Shown here one piece after another: positions 1 to 10,400 of a DNA stretch of 64,000 nt (positions within the stretch are counted from its first letter, which is position 1; each line of letters starts with the position of its first letter). The DNA comes from Acholeplasmataceae bacterium (lineage in GTDB: Bacteria > Bacillota_I > Bacilli_A > Acholeplasmatales > Acholeplasmataceae). A program made the translations under genes and the position numbers. The stretch covers positions 384,001 through 448,000 of the forward strand of contig OY775910.1 of the NCBI GenBank assembly GCA_963675245.1, written 5' to 3'. The notes below the pieces were generated by a model. That model did no database searches. It was not told the origin of the DNA and worked only from the letters and a program-made list of their open reading frames with translations.

Positions 1-332
1 TGCTCATATGTTTCAGGAAGTTTTCGATCGTTTAGTAATGATATTATGAGTTTATATTTTAAACCTTGATAAACATTATTATCAATATCCAAATGATCTT
101 CATCTATACAAAAACGTTGTTTCAATTTGATAACATACTTTTCACTAGGAACAATGATATTATTTTCTAACTTTGATAAATAAGAAACACTGCATATATT
201 CTCAGATGCTTCTTCTAACGTCATTTTTAGTGCATGACGTTTAAATTTGATGGCAGAGCCAATCGGTAAATTTTCTTTCCTGTGATGTCTCTTTTTTGCT
301 GCAACCTTAAAACGTATCATATTTAATCGCAT
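1..332 (-). CDS. XRE-type HTH regulator, N-terminal part (NprR/PlcR-like HTH); runs off window start
   Basis: Manual translation from ATG at 332 after GGGGGG SD: MRLNMIRFKVAAKKRHHRKENLPIGSAIKFKRHALKMTLEEASENICSVSYLSKLENNIIVPSEKY..., open to window edge. Confidence 0.75.
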   Translation of the reverse strand, partial: MRLNMIRFKVAAKKRHHRKENLPIGSAIKFKRHALKMTLEEASENICSVSYLSKLENNIIVPSEKYVIKLKQRFCIDEDHLDIDNNVYQGLKYKLIISLLNDRKLPETYE

Positions 333-424
333 TTATAATTCCCCCCTGTTCAATAAAACATACGATTATTATTATAAAAATCAAATCATTAAAATCCACA
401 AATTTTTTGAAAAAAAAGACATCA

Positions 425-1069
425 TTAAGATGTCCTAAAATTTTTTTTGATTGGATCAGTGCACAAATCATATAGTGGACAATCTTGACATTTCGGATTC
501 CTGGCTAAGCAATGATATCTTCCAAAGAAAATCAATTGATGATGAACTTGTTGCCATTTCTCTTTTGGTATTTTTTTATTAAGTTTTTGTTCAATGACCC
601 ATACAGAGTCATTTTTTTTAGCAAGACCTAATCTTACAGCCACTCTTGCTACATGGGTATCCACAGCTAAGGCAGGAATACCAAAAGCATTACTTAAGAC
701 GACGTTAGCTGTTTTTCTACCAACACCTGATAATGCCTCAATGTCGCTTCTATTTGAAGGCACTTCACCTTGATGTCTTTCGACTAATTGTATACTTAAA
801 TTTTTGATGTGTTTTGCTTTATTCCTAAACAAACCAATAAATCTTAATTTGTTTTCTAAATCTTTTATATCCGCTTTAGCTAGCGCATAAGCATCAGGAT
901 ATGCATTAAACAAATCGGGTGTGACTTTATTGACACTTTTATCGGTTGTTTGTGCAGAAAGGACAACCGCAATCAACAATTCGAAAGGATTTTTATGGTT
1001 TAACTCAACAGTAGCGTTAGGATACATCTCATCTAATACAGTTAATATATGTACTACTTTTTGTGTCAT
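425..1069 (-). CDS. nth: Endonuclease III
   Basis: LSAQTTD, HhH GVGRKTANVV, AVDTHV, C-terminal 4Fe-4S CLARNPKCQDCPLYDLC. Confidence 0.97.
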   Translation of the reverse strand: MTQKVVHILTVLDEMYPNATVELNHKNPFELLIAVVLSAQTTDKSVNKVTPDLFNAYPDAYALAKADIKDLENKLRFIGLFRNKAKHIKNLSIQLVERHQGEVPSNRSDIEALSGVGRKTANVVLSNAFGIPALAVDTHVARVAVRLGLAKKNDSVWVIEQKLNKKIPKEKWQQVHHQLIFFGRYHCLARNPKCQDCPLYDLCTDPIKKNFRTS

Positions 1070-1677
1070 TTTATTTTCTTGAAAATAGCATCAAGTATTT
1101 TTTCGGTGTCATCATCAAGTTCAACCTTTGGCATAATTTGCTGTGTCAAGAGTCTTTCAACTTGTTTGACCGAAACTCTTGCACCAGCTGCATCGATTGC
1201 TTTCATGATTGCGTCATGTTGATATGTCTCATTTTCGTACCATGAGCGAATCATTTCTAGTTCGTATGCTTTTAAAACGCGTCCTAACCCTTGTTCAAAT
1301 AAGCGAATAGCCTCAGTAATATCTTTCTCTGATTTTTCAATAATTTCAGCTTTTTTATCTGCTGCATAAAGTTCTTCAATCCGTTTAAACGTTAATTCAA
1401 TATCGAAAATTTCACGCTCTTTACCATCTTTCTCCTCTAAATCAAGTGAAATAAAATGTTTTTTGAGAAGTGATTCAACATAATTTCCAATTTCTGGTTT
1501 TGTAAAATCTACGCGTTTGGAAATAGCGTTGATTGAAAAAGTTTTTCTTTTTTTGAAGATGGAAAAAAGTGCGACAAGCACTGTTACTTCAGGCATCGTT
1601 AATGAAAGTCTACGATATTCTTTTAACAAAATACGCTCAACTGAGAAGTCATATTCAGTAAATAATCTTTTAAGCAT
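1066..1677 (-). CDS. dnaD: DnaD-domain replication protein
   Basis: N-terminal winged helix plus FEQGLGRVLKAYELEMIRSW DnaD/DnaB_2 motif; conserved dnaD-nth adjacency. Confidence 0.8.
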   Translation of the reverse strand: MLKRLFTEYDFSVERILLKEYRRLSLTMPEVTVLVALFSIFKKRKTFSINAISKRVDFTKPEIGNYVESLLKKHFISLDLEEKDGKEREIFDIELTFKRIEELYAADKKAEIIEKSEKDITEAIRLFEQGLGRVLKAYELEMIRSWYENETYQHDAIMKAIDAAGARVSVKQVERLLTQQIMPKVELDDDTEKILDAIFKKIK

Positions 1678-2332
1678 AGATATTTCCTTTCTCTAACGCA
1701 TCCTTCGCAGCATTTTGTTCTGCCTCTTTTTTTGTTCTTCCACTGCCAGTACCTAAAACTATTTGATGATCTAATTTAACAGCAGCTTCAAAAAAACGAT
1801 GATGTGATGGACCTTTTTGACTAATAATATGATAGGATATGTTACGTTTATCGCCACCTTGAATAAATTCTTGAAGCGTTGATTTATAATCCTTAATCAC
1901 CCACACTTTATTTAAATAAGGAATAACGATACGTCTAAATAAGCTCTCTGCCTTTTTAAATCCAAGATCTAAGAAGGTCGCGCCAAAAAGTGCCTCAAAT
2001 GCATCGGCAATCATAGAATCATTGGCACCTTTAACGGTTTCACCTTTACCAAGTCTCATATAATCTTTGAGATTGATTTTAGCCGCGTAAATAACGAGCG
2101 CTTCTTCACAAACGGCTTGCGCTCTTCTTTTTGTGAGTTCACCTTCGTCTGCTAAATTTAAGCTGTAAAGATAATCACTCATCAAAAGTTCAATGACAGC
2201 GTCTCCTAGAAACTCAAGTTTTTCGTTTTTCTCTGTTTGATGTTCATTGGCATATGATGAATGCGTGAGTGCATCGACATAAAGCGATTCATCATTTACT
2301 TGTATTTTAAGTTGCTTTAAAAGCTCCTTCAT
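1670..2332 (-). CDS. rnc: Ribonuclease III
   Basis: ALTHSSY, NEKLEFLGDAV, ADAFEALFGA, C-terminal dsRBD. Confidence 0.97.
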   Translation of the reverse strand: MKELLKQLKIQVNDESLYVDALTHSSYANEHQTEKNEKLEFLGDAVIELLMSDYLYSLNLADEGELTKRRAQAVCEEALVIYAAKINLKDYMRLGKGETVKGANDSMIADAFEALFGATFLDLGFKKAESLFRRIVIPYLNKVWVIKDYKSTLQEFIQGGDKRNISYHIISQKGPSHHRFFEAAVKLDHQIVLGTGSGRTKKEAEQNAAKDALEKGNIYA

Positions 2333-2333
2333 G

Positions 2334-3332
2334 TTATTCAGCCTTCTTACTTAATGTTTCGGTAACGATGTTAATCACATCAGCTTCCACCATTTCTTTT
2401 GCTTGTCTAATACCATTATAAAAACCATATGCATCTGATGAACCATGCGCTTTAATAACCACACCATTTAATCCCATGAGTAGTGCTCCACCAATTTCTG
2501 ATGCATCTAATGACTTCTTGAAACGATCCAGTGCTTTCCTCATAAAGAGTGCACCAATCATGCCCCCTAAAGATGCTTTAATCTCTCGTTTTAATATTGT
2601 ACCAAGTCCTTTTGCTGTACCTTCCATGGTCTTCATGACCATGTTGGCTGTGAAACCATCACTTAAGAATATATCCGCGTTTGATGACAATATCTCTTTG
2701 GTTTCTAAATTACCATAAAAATTAATATCCGGATTTTCTTTTAAGAGTTTAAATGCTTCTTTATCTAACTCTCTACCCTTTCCATCTTCAGTACCGATAT
2801 TCAATAAAGCGACTTGAGGATTTTCTCTTTTTAAAATCTTGTTGGCAACAACTGATGCATAAATCGCAAAGTCTACTAAATGTTCAGGTTTTGTATCTGT
2901 ATTTGCACCTGAATCTAATAAGATACGACCTCTACCATCAATGGATGGAACAATTGGTGCGATCGCTACACGTTGCATTTGTTTCATTCTTCTTAAAATA
3001 AAATGACCGGCAACAACTAAAGCCTGTGTTGGTCCAGAACTAACTATCGCGTCAGCTTTACCATCTTTAACTGCTTGCATCGCCATAAACATCGACATTT
3101 CTTTATTTGTTCTATATTGTTTAATTGGATCTTTTTCACCCATTTCTAAAAAATAAGGTGTATGAATCACAGATAAGCGATCATGTTGTTTTAAATATGG
3201 TGCCATCTTATTTTCATCACCAAACAAAATGATTTCAATATCTTTAAATTTATTGAGTGCTAATAATGCACCATTTACGATTTCTTTAGGTGCATAATCG
3301 CCACCCATTCCGTCAACTGCAATTCGTATCAT
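2334..3332 (-). CDS. plsX: Phosphate acyltransferase PlsX
   Basis: IAVDGMGGDYAP, LLNIGTEDGKG, DGFTAN, VVIKAHGSSD. Confidence 0.97.
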   Translation of the reverse strand: MIRIAVDGMGGDYAPKEIVNGALLALNKFKDIEIILFGDENKMAPYLKQHDRLSVIHTPYFLEMGEKDPIKQYRTNKEMSMFMAMQAVKDGKADAIVSSGPTQALVVAGHFILRRMKQMQRVAIAPIVPSIDGRGRILLDSGANTDTKPEHLVDFAIYASVVANKILKRENPQVALLNIGTEDGKGRELDKEAFKLLKENPDINFYGNLETKEILSSNADIFLSDGFTANMVMKTMEGTAKGLGTILKREIKASLGGMIGALFMRKALDRFKKSLDASEIGGALLMGLNGVVIKAHGSSDAYGFYNGIRQAKEMVEADVINIVTETLSKKAE

Positions 3333-3371
3333 AATGGTTACCCTTCGCTTTCTTAAACTGTTTTTAGTATA

Positions 3372-5333
3372 TCATATCTTAAGAGATTCATTCACGTGCT
3401 TTCTTAAATATTGATAGCGTTCATTCGTGTAAAAATCTGGTCTTTCAAATAGATCAACCACATTTTTATGGGCTTCATGGAGAATGTTGTAGTCATTTGA
3501 TAACTCTAAAAAATTAAATTTAAGATATCCGGATTGTTCGACACCAATAAAATCTCCTGGACCTCTCTGAGCAAGATCAAATTCAGATAATTTAAATCCA
3601 TCATTGGTTTTAGTCATCAATTCTAAGCGTTCTAAATCCTGTTTTTCACTCACTAGATAACACGTACTTGGTAAGTCACCTCGACCGATTCTTCCACGTA
3701 ATTGGTGAAGTTGTGATAACCCAAAGTGTTCTGCTGATAAGATGATCATTTGGGTGGCTGTAGGAATATCAATGCCTACTTCTACCATCGTTGTTGATAA
3801 TAGCACACTACCTGGGGTTTCTCTGAATTTTTCCATGACATCACCTTGTTCATCTTTTGATAGTTGACCATGTAAAACAAATAATGGATGATGCATGTAT
3901 TTTAATTTTTCTTTCGTCACAATAATATTATCTTTCACTTGTTCACTTGAAATAGCAGGCACAACAATAAATGCGTGTTCACCTCTAGTTAATGCTTTTT
4001 CAATATCCATAAATACTTTTTGTTCGTTTTTTTGATCAACTAATTTGGTTATCACCGGAGTCCTTTTAGCTGGTTTTTCACGAATCACCGATACATTGGA
4101 TTCACCAAAAGAAACCATTGCTAGCGTTCTAGGAATAGGCGTCGCAGTTAAATACAACACATCTTTTGCATGACCTTTATCAATTAATGTTTGTCTTGCA
4201 TCAACACCAAATTTATGTTGCTCATCGATAATGACAAACCCTAGTTTTTTAAATTGAACATCTGTTTCAATCAGTGCTTGTGTGCCAATAACGATATCAA
4301 ATTCTTGATTTAATATCGCTTTTTTAACTTGTTCCTTGTTTTTTGTCTTTTGGGTTAATAATGCGATATTCAAGTCTTTGAGCAACGACGAAAATAATGT
4401 ATAGTGTTGATTTGCCAGTAAGGTTGTTGGTGCCATTAATGCTACTTGTTCACCTGCTGTAGCTACCGCGTATGCCGCGATTAACGAGACAATTGTTTTG
4501 CCTGAACCTACATCACCTTGAACAAGTCTTATATGAGAGTACTCACTTTTAAAATCCTTAAATATATCGTTTGTTGCCTGTTTCTGATCACTGGTTAATT
4601 CATATGGTAATTGCCGAATAAGTGTTTTCACTTTTTCGATATCATAGACTTTTGGTAGACGCTTGCTACTAGCTAATTGATTCGCAACCAATTTAAGTTG
4701 TAAGAAGAATGCTTCTTCATATTTAAAACGTCGTTCTGCGTGTTGAATATCTTCAAATGATTTAGGTATATGAAGCATTTGATATGCTTTAAGGCGTTGA
4801 GGTAAATGGTATGTTTTTAGAAACTCATGAGGAATAGTCTCAAATATTTGAACCTGTTTTGTATCAAATATTTCTTTCATCAAATTTTGAATTTGTCTGT
4901 CATACACCCCTTCTATTTTATAAATAGGTTTAATCGGTGAATGACCTGTCACTTTAGAAATGTAACTCGCGACAATCTTTTTATGATATAGATGATACGT
5001 TCCTTTAACTAAAACAAGTGATTGTTCAGTTAATTGTTTCATGAGATAAGCACGATTAAAAATAACCACATCAATCACTTGATCAACCACTTTTATTTGA
5101 CATGTAATCACATGAACTTTACCATAAGGATTCTCTTTTAAAGGAGAGACAACTGTCCCTTGAACAGTGATTTTTTCTAGATGCTTAGCTTGTGATAATG
5201 ATCGAACAGTGAAGTCTTCATAACTCCTTGGATAATGCAAAACAAGATCGTATGTCGACCATATGTTTTGATTTCGAAAATGTTTTAATAATGAAGGCCC
5301 AATGCCTTTTATGTGCTCTAGTTTGACTTCCAT
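3372..5333 (-). CDS. recG: ATP-dependent DNA helicase RecG
   Basis: QGDVGSGKT, DEQHKFGV, TATPIPRT, GLSQLHQLRGRIGRG. Confidence 0.97.
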   Translation of the reverse strand: MEVKLEHIKGIGPSLLKHFRNQNIWSTYDLVLHYPRSYEDFTVRSLSQAKHLEKITVQGTVVSPLKENPYGKVHVITCQIKVVDQVIDVVIFNRAYLMKQLTEQSLVLVKGTYHLYHKKIVASYISKVTGHSPIKPIYKIEGVYDRQIQNLMKEIFDTKQVQIFETIPHEFLKTYHLPQRLKAYQMLHIPKSFEDIQHAERRFKYEEAFFLQLKLVANQLASSKRLPKVYDIEKVKTLIRQLPYELTSDQKQATNDIFKDFKSEYSHIRLVQGDVGSGKTIVSLIAAYAVATAGEQVALMAPTTLLANQHYTLFSSLLKDLNIALLTQKTKNKEQVKKAILNQEFDIVIGTQALIETDVQFKKLGFVIIDEQHKFGVDARQTLIDKGHAKDVLYLTATPIPRTLAMVSFGESNVSVIREKPAKRTPVITKLVDQKNEQKVFMDIEKALTRGEHAFIVVPAISSEQVKDNIIVTKEKLKYMHHPLFVLHGQLSKDEQGDVMEKFRETPGSVLLSTTMVEVGIDIPTATQMIILSAEHFGLSQLHQLRGRIGRGDLPSTCYLVSEKQDLERLELMTKTNDGFKLSEFDLAQRGPGDFIGVEQSGYLKFNFLELSNDYNILHEAHKNVVDLFERPDFYTNERYQYLRKHVNESLKI

Positions 5334-6310
5334 GCTTTAGATTGTAACATCATATCAGCTAAAACAATCGCGATGACGTTTTCTAAAACGACACCAATGC
5401 GTCTGATAATCGCGACATCGTGTCTTCCCCCGATTTCAAGATCACTGACTTCATTTTTACTAAAATCAAAGGTATGTTGTTTCTTTTGAATGGATGATGT
5501 TGGTTTGACGAGTACTTTGATAATGAGATCATTACCGTTTGAAATACCACCACTTACACCACCACTATGATTAGTTTTAGTGATACCACGATCATTGATA
5601 AACGCATCATTCCATGCTGATCCGAGCTTATCTGCCGCTTCAAACCCTGCCCCAAATGAAACACCTCGTACAGCAGGAACACTCATCACCATTTTAGCTA
5701 TTTCGGCATCAAGTTTATGAAAGAAAGGTTCTCCTAAACCAATAGGTACATCTTTGACAACAACCTTGACGATACCTCCTACTGAATCGCCTGCTTTAGC
5801 GACTTCTAGAAGATATTCATCTAAATGTGATAAATCTGTTAGCGTACCAACACGTACCATTTCACTAGAAAATTGGAAAGGTAGTATCATTTTTGCTAGA
5901 CTTCCAGCAGCAACTAGTGGTGCTGTAAGTCGACCTGAAAAACGACCACCACCACGATAATCATGAAAACCATTATATTTAACATTCGCAACAAAATCAG
6001 CATGTCCCGGTCTTGGCTGATGAACTAGTTTTTCATAATCTTTTGATTTCATATTATGATTTTCAATCATTAAATGAATCGGTGAACCGGTTGCTTTTCC
6101 ATTGAAAACACCAGAAGTGATTCTAAATTCATCTGCTTCTTTTCTTGGAGTGGTTCCAACAGCACCTGGTTTTCTTCTATCTAAATCTTGTTTGATAAGA
6201 TCTAAATCAATTTCAGTGCCTGGTATCATACCATCCACAACAACACCAATCGCATCTTGATGAGATTCACCATATAATGTGACTTTAAATAAGTTCCCAT
6301 AACTATTCAT
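5318..6310 (-). CDS. aroC: Chorismate synthase
   Basis: GESH, RPGHAD, RGGGRFSGRLT, KPTSSI, GRHD. Confidence 0.96.
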   Translation of the reverse strand: MNSYGNLFKVTLYGESHQDAIGVVVDGMIPGTEIDLDLIKQDLDRRKPGAVGTTPRKEADEFRITSGVFNGKATGSPIHLMIENHNMKSKDYEKLVHQPRPGHADFVANVKYNGFHDYRGGGRFSGRLTAPLVAAGSLAKMILPFQFSSEMVRVGTLTDLSHLDEYLLEVAKAGDSVGGIVKVVVKDVPIGLGEPFFHKLDAEIAKMVMSVPAVRGVSFGAGFEAADKLGSAWNDAFINDRGITKTNHSGGVSGGISNGNDLIIKVLVKPTSSIQKKQHTFDFSKNEVSDLEIGGRHDVAIIRRIGVVLENVIAIVLADMMLQSKAWKSN

Positions 6311-7085
6311 GGATGATAGCCTCCTTTATTTCTTTCATTAATTTTGGTTTAATCTTGATTTGTTTTTCTAACCAATCCATTTCACTATATAAGGCCTGAA
6401 TAATAAGCATGTCTAGTCCACTTATACCCCGTTTAGCACTTTTAATGAATGTCGTTTCCATTGGATTATAGATCAAATCAATCACGGTTTTGTCTTTAAT
6501 CAATTCCCGGTTGATTGGACTGTCATCGACGTTTGGATAGGTCCCCACTGGCGTAGCATTAACAACGATATCAACCTCATCTGGATTAAAAGATTGATAG
6601 CCAATCACTCGTTTAAAAGTCTCTGATAAGTGTGGCTTTCTAGAAACAACCGTCACGATCGCACCCAAGTCCATTAATACGGTATAAACCGCTTTGGCTG
6701 CGCCACCTGTTCCCAATATATAAACGTGTTTCTTTTTAACTTTTATTTTATTATACTTAAGTAACCCTTTAAATCCTTCATAGTCTGTGTTGTCGCCACA
6801 TACACGACCATTTTGATAATAAAGGGTGTTTACTGCGCCAATTCGTTTCGCGTTATCCGTTAGTAGTTCAACATATTTCATGACATCTTCTTTATAAGGA
6901 ATCGTCACATTAAACCCATGATACTCGCCATTTTTTAAAGCCGTAATCATACCCGATAATTCATCAGGCTTAATATCTAATATCTCATACTTAAAAGGCA
7001 CATTTAAAAATGGTGCCATATATTGATGAATGAGTGGTGATTTTGAATAACCGATATGTTGACCGATTAGTCCAAATGTCATCAT
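6303..7085 (-). CDS. aroE: Shikimate dehydrogenase
   Basis: SKSPLIH, GFNVTIPYK, GAVNT, NTDYEG, GTGGAA, NATPVG. Confidence 0.95.
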   Translation of the reverse strand: MMTFGLIGQHIGYSKSPLIHQYMAPFLNVPFKYEILDIKPDELSGMITALKNGEYHGFNVTIPYKEDVMKYVELLTDNAKRIGAVNTLYYQNGRVCGDNTDYEGFKGLLKYNKIKVKKKHVYILGTGGAAKAVYTVLMDLGAIVTVVSRKPHLSETFKRVIGYQSFNPDEVDIVVNATPVGTYPNVDDSPINRELIKDKTVIDLIYNPMETTFIKSAKRGISGLDMLIIQALYSEMDWLEKQIKIKPKLMKEIKEAIIHE

Positions 7086-7336
7086 TTTTGAATCTCCTTG
7101 GATAACCGCATGATTTCTTTAATGAACGCTTTGTAGTATGGCCAAAAAGATTCATCGTTTAACCGTTTACGTAGTCTATCATAGACTGCCTTTTCTCTTG
7201 ATTCATCAAAAACGGGTAAACCCGCTTCTTTTTTTGCATCACCAATCTGTTTTGAAACAGCCATACGTGATTTAAAAAGTTCTAGTAGTTCTTCATCAAT
7301 TTGATTTATTTGTATTCTTAATTCATCAATAGTCAT
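7082..7336 (-). CDS. Monofunctional chorismate mutase (AroQ class, CM_2)
   Basis: MTIDELRIQINQIDEELLELFKSRM...IGDAK...PVFDESRE; start re-set to ATG 7336 after GGAGAG SD. Confidence 0.9.
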   Translation of the reverse strand: MTIDELRIQINQIDEELLELFKSRMAVSKQIGDAKKEAGLPVFDESREKAVYDRLRKRLNDESFWPYYKAFIKEIMRLSKEIQK

Positions 7337-8582
7337 CGACTTCTCCTCCGAGTGACATATAATCTTTAAAAAAGGTAGGATAAGATTTATTAATACATGA
7401 TGCGCCTTCAATCGTAATTGGACCGTCAGCCAAAATGGTTGCTACTGCGATTGACATCGCGATACGGTGATCATTAAAAGCACTTAATGTTTGATGACCT
7501 TTAAATGTTGATTGACCTGCAATTGTGACTGTATCACCATCAACAATGACATCAACCCCTAGTTTAGTCAATATTTGAATCATTGCACTTAAACGATCAC
7601 TTTCTTTTATGCGTAATCTTTCACAATTAAGAAAAACAGATTGTCCTTTAGATCTCGCAGCTAATACCATTAAAATAGGTCCCAAATCAGGGATATCTTT
7701 TAAATCAATTGTCATTCCAAAAGTGTCAGATGGATGAATAATATAACCTTGTTCTGTCGATTCAATTTTTCCACCCATTTCTTTTATCACATCAACGATT
7801 GCCTTATCACCTTGAAGACTTTTGTGTGAAAGATGGTTTAAATGAATCGGTTTTTTACCTAAAAGACCAGCAACCATCCAAAAAGCGGCTTGTGAATAAT
7901 CACCTTCTACAACTGCTTGTTGCGGTTTATAATGTTGACTTCCTTTAATGTAATAATAATGATCCACACTTAAAATATGAATACCAAATTTTTTTAAAAC
8001 TGAAAGCGTTAAATCCACATATCCCTTTGATTCCAAAGGTGTGGTTAATTCAATCACTGAATCTTCTCTTCTTAAAGGAAGCGCAAATAGTAAACCAGAA
8101 ATAAACTGACTACTCACATTACCACGAATTGGATAATGTCCCCCTTTAAGTTTACCTTTAAGTGTTAAAGGTAGTTCATCTTGACTTTCTTTTTCAAATG
8201 TTACATGCTTCGATTTAAAAAGCTCTTCATATTGGTCCAAAGGTCTCTTAACTAATCGACCCTCACCGTGAATGGTAATCCGTTCATTATCAAGTAAATA
8301 AATAGGAATCATGAAGCGTAATGTTGAACCAGATTCTTTGATGTTTACACGTGTTTTTATAATCTTATTTTTTCCACCATGAACGTGATCACCATCAAAT
8401 GTTACACCAAACGCTTCGAGTGCTTCTTTAGTCGCATCGATATCATTCGCATGTAAGACATTAGAAATATGACTGATACCATCTGCCAAACCGGCAGCAA
8501 TCAAATATCTGTGCGATAAAGATTTAGATGAAACAACATTTAATTGACCACTGAGTGGTTTTGGTGTAATTGTGACGTTCAT
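7326..8582 (-). CDS. aroA: EPSP synthase
   Basis: SKSLSHR, ESGSTLRF, SSQFISGLL, LRIKESDR, DHRIAM, KSYPTFF. Confidence 0.96.
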   Translation of the reverse strand: MNVTITPKPLSGQLNVVSSKSLSHRYLIAAGLADGISHISNVLHANDIDATKEALEAFGVTFDGDHVHGGKNKIIKTRVNIKESGSTLRFMIPIYLLDNERITIHGEGRLVKRPLDQYEELFKSKHVTFEKESQDELPLTLKGKLKGGHYPIRGNVSSQFISGLLFALPLRREDSVIELTTPLESKGYVDLTLSVLKKFGIHILSVDHYYYIKGSQHYKPQQAVVEGDYSQAAFWMVAGLLGKKPIHLNHLSHKSLQGDKAIVDVIKEMGGKIESTEQGYIIHPSDTFGMTIDLKDIPDLGPILMVLAARSKGQSVFLNCERLRIKESDRLSAMIQILTKLGVDVIVDGDTVTIAGQSTFKGHQTLSAFNDHRIAMSIAVATILADGPITIEGASCINKSYPTFFKDYMSLGGEVDDY

Positions 8583-9583
8583 GATAAATCCTCGATACCC
8601 ACTTTTTGAATCACAGGTTTACCAATCGCTTCTAATAAAATGAAATGAAAGCCATCTGCTGTATTCTTTTTATCTGTGGAAAGTCCCTCTATAAAGCGAT
8701 CTTTAGTCAGTAGTGGTTCATGAACTAACTGCCATGATAGAAGTGTTCCTTTGACTTCATCATAAAGTTCATCAGGTGTAATATTAAGTTGATTACCAAT
8801 TTCTATCGCCATCAACATACCATAGCTAATTGCTTCTCCATGTTTAAACATATTATAGTTAAAATACTTTTCAATGGCATGTCCGAATGTGTGACCAAAG
8901 TTTAAATACATGCGTTCTTTTTTATCGAAAGGATCGATATCAACAACGCTTTTTTTCACGTGAATGGCATTCACTAATTGGGCTTCTGTGAGCACAATTG
9001 GACGTCTAACTTGAGCATATAAATGCGCATTCCCAATGAGGCCAGCTTTAATCACTTCAGCCATACCATTTCGATATTCTTCTTTGCTTAATGTTGATAA
9101 AAAAGCCATATCAATCAATACCATTTTCGGTTGATAAAATACACCTAATAAATTCTTACCTTCCGGTAAATCAATGCCTGTTTTACCACCAATAGATGAA
9201 TCCACCATGGCGAGTAAAGTAGTTGGAATTTGAATAAATGGTACACCTCTATATAGGGTTGCAGCAACAAACCCAGAAAGATCTCCCACAACTCCACCAC
9301 CGAGTGCTAGAATCATGTGTTCTCTTTTTAGTCCTTTATCAATAAGATCTGAAATCACATTTAAATACGTACCGTAAACTTTTGATGTTTCTCCAGGTGG
9401 AATCACAGTGAAAGAAAGATCAAAATCAGATAATGCTTTTCTTACTTTTTCTTCATAAAGTGAAAAGACTGTTTCATCGGTGATGATAAACAGTTTACGG
9501 TATGTATATAACGATTTGATATGTGTCTGAAAATGATTTAACTTTTCAAACACAATCTCATAATTATTCATTGGAATCTTCAT
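8579..9583 (-). CDS. aroB: 3-dehydroquinate synthase
   Basis: GGGVVGDLSGF, PTTLLAMVDSSIGGKT, LNFGHTFGHAIE, HGEAIS. Confidence 0.96.
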   Translation of the reverse strand: MKIPMNNYEIVFEKLNHFQTHIKSLYTYRKLFIITDETVFSLYEEKVRKALSDFDLSFTVIPPGETSKVYGTYLNVISDLIDKGLKREHMILALGGGVVGDLSGFVAATLYRGVPFIQIPTTLLAMVDSSIGGKTGIDLPEGKNLLGVFYQPKMVLIDMAFLSTLSKEEYRNGMAEVIKAGLIGNAHLYAQVRRPIVLTEAQLVNAIHVKKSVVDIDPFDKKERMYLNFGHTFGHAIEKYFNYNMFKHGEAISYGMLMAIEIGNQLNITPDELYDEVKGTLLSWQLVHEPLLTKDRFIEGLSTDKKNTADGFHFILLEAIGKPVIQKVGIEDLS

Positions 9584-10400
9584 CGAACGATTTCCTCTTT
9601 TCGGTTGCTTTTTCCATATATGATATCAAATTTTCTTTCTCATCTTTTTTAATCATATCTTTGACTAAATCAAGTTGATATTCGAAGTTTTTAATTTGTT
9701 CTAATAATGCTTCTTTATTTTCGCTAAACAATTCAGTCCACATATTCGCGTTGATTTTAGCAATTCTTGTTAAATCTCTATAAGAATCACCAGTCGCTTC
9801 TTTTGTTTGACTAAATGAATCTGAGTTCACTAAACTTATGGCTAATACATGTGTAAGCTGACTAGTAAAAGCGATGAGTTGATCATGTGTTTTCGCATCA
9901 ACGACCATCACACGACCAAATTTTAATTCAGATGCAATCTCTCTTAATACCGTTTCATCCTGATTAGTACTTCTTTCGCTTTTAACGATGATGAAATTCG
10001 CACCTATAAAAATATCTTTATCTTTGACATCATAACCACTCGTCTCCTTACCCGCCATAGGATGATGTGATGTATAACTTATACCCTCAGGTAAAATCTT
10101 TTCGATTTCTGGTATCATCCACACTTTTGTACCACTTACATCAGTGACGAATTGTCCAGGTTTAAATAATGATTGATGCTCTTTGATAAATGCGATGTTG
10201 TGTTTAGGATATAACCCTAAAATAACAACATCTGCCTCACTCAATTTAGAGAGTGAATTATCAGCAGACACAATCCCTTCTTTAATGGCTTGTTCGATCC
10301 TACTTGTGGTTCTATTCCAAGCATATATCGTATGATGTTGTGATAGACCTTCAGCGTATGACGCACCAATAAGTCCTAAGCCTACGATAAAAATTTTCAT
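9564..10400 (-). CDS. tyrA: Prephenate dehydrogenase
   Basis: GLGLIGAS Rossmann motif, HPMAGKE, HDQLIAFTSQLTH, SYRDLTRIA. Confidence 0.93.
   Translation of the reverse strand: MKIFIVGLGLIGASYAEGLSQHHTIYAWNRTTSRIEQAIKEGIVSADNSLSKLSEADVVILGLYPKHNIAFIKEHQSLFKPGQFVTDVSGTKVWMIPEIEKILPEGISYTSHHPMAGKETSGYDVKDKDIFIGANFIIVKSERSTNQDETVLREIASELKFGRVMVVDAKTHDQLIAFTSQLTHVLAISLVNSDSFSQTKEATGDSYRDLTRIAKINANMWTELFSENKEALLEQIKNFEYQLDLVKDMIKKDEKENLISYMEKATEKRKSFDEDSNE

Noticed and set aside
7337..7411. Extended N-termini given by the ORF track (chorismate mutase, also mscL, cca, atpD, atpH, atpI, rsgA, CPBP copy 1)
   Set aside because: Downstream starts have proper SD sequences and match family N-termini; the extensions overlap upstream genes or promoters.
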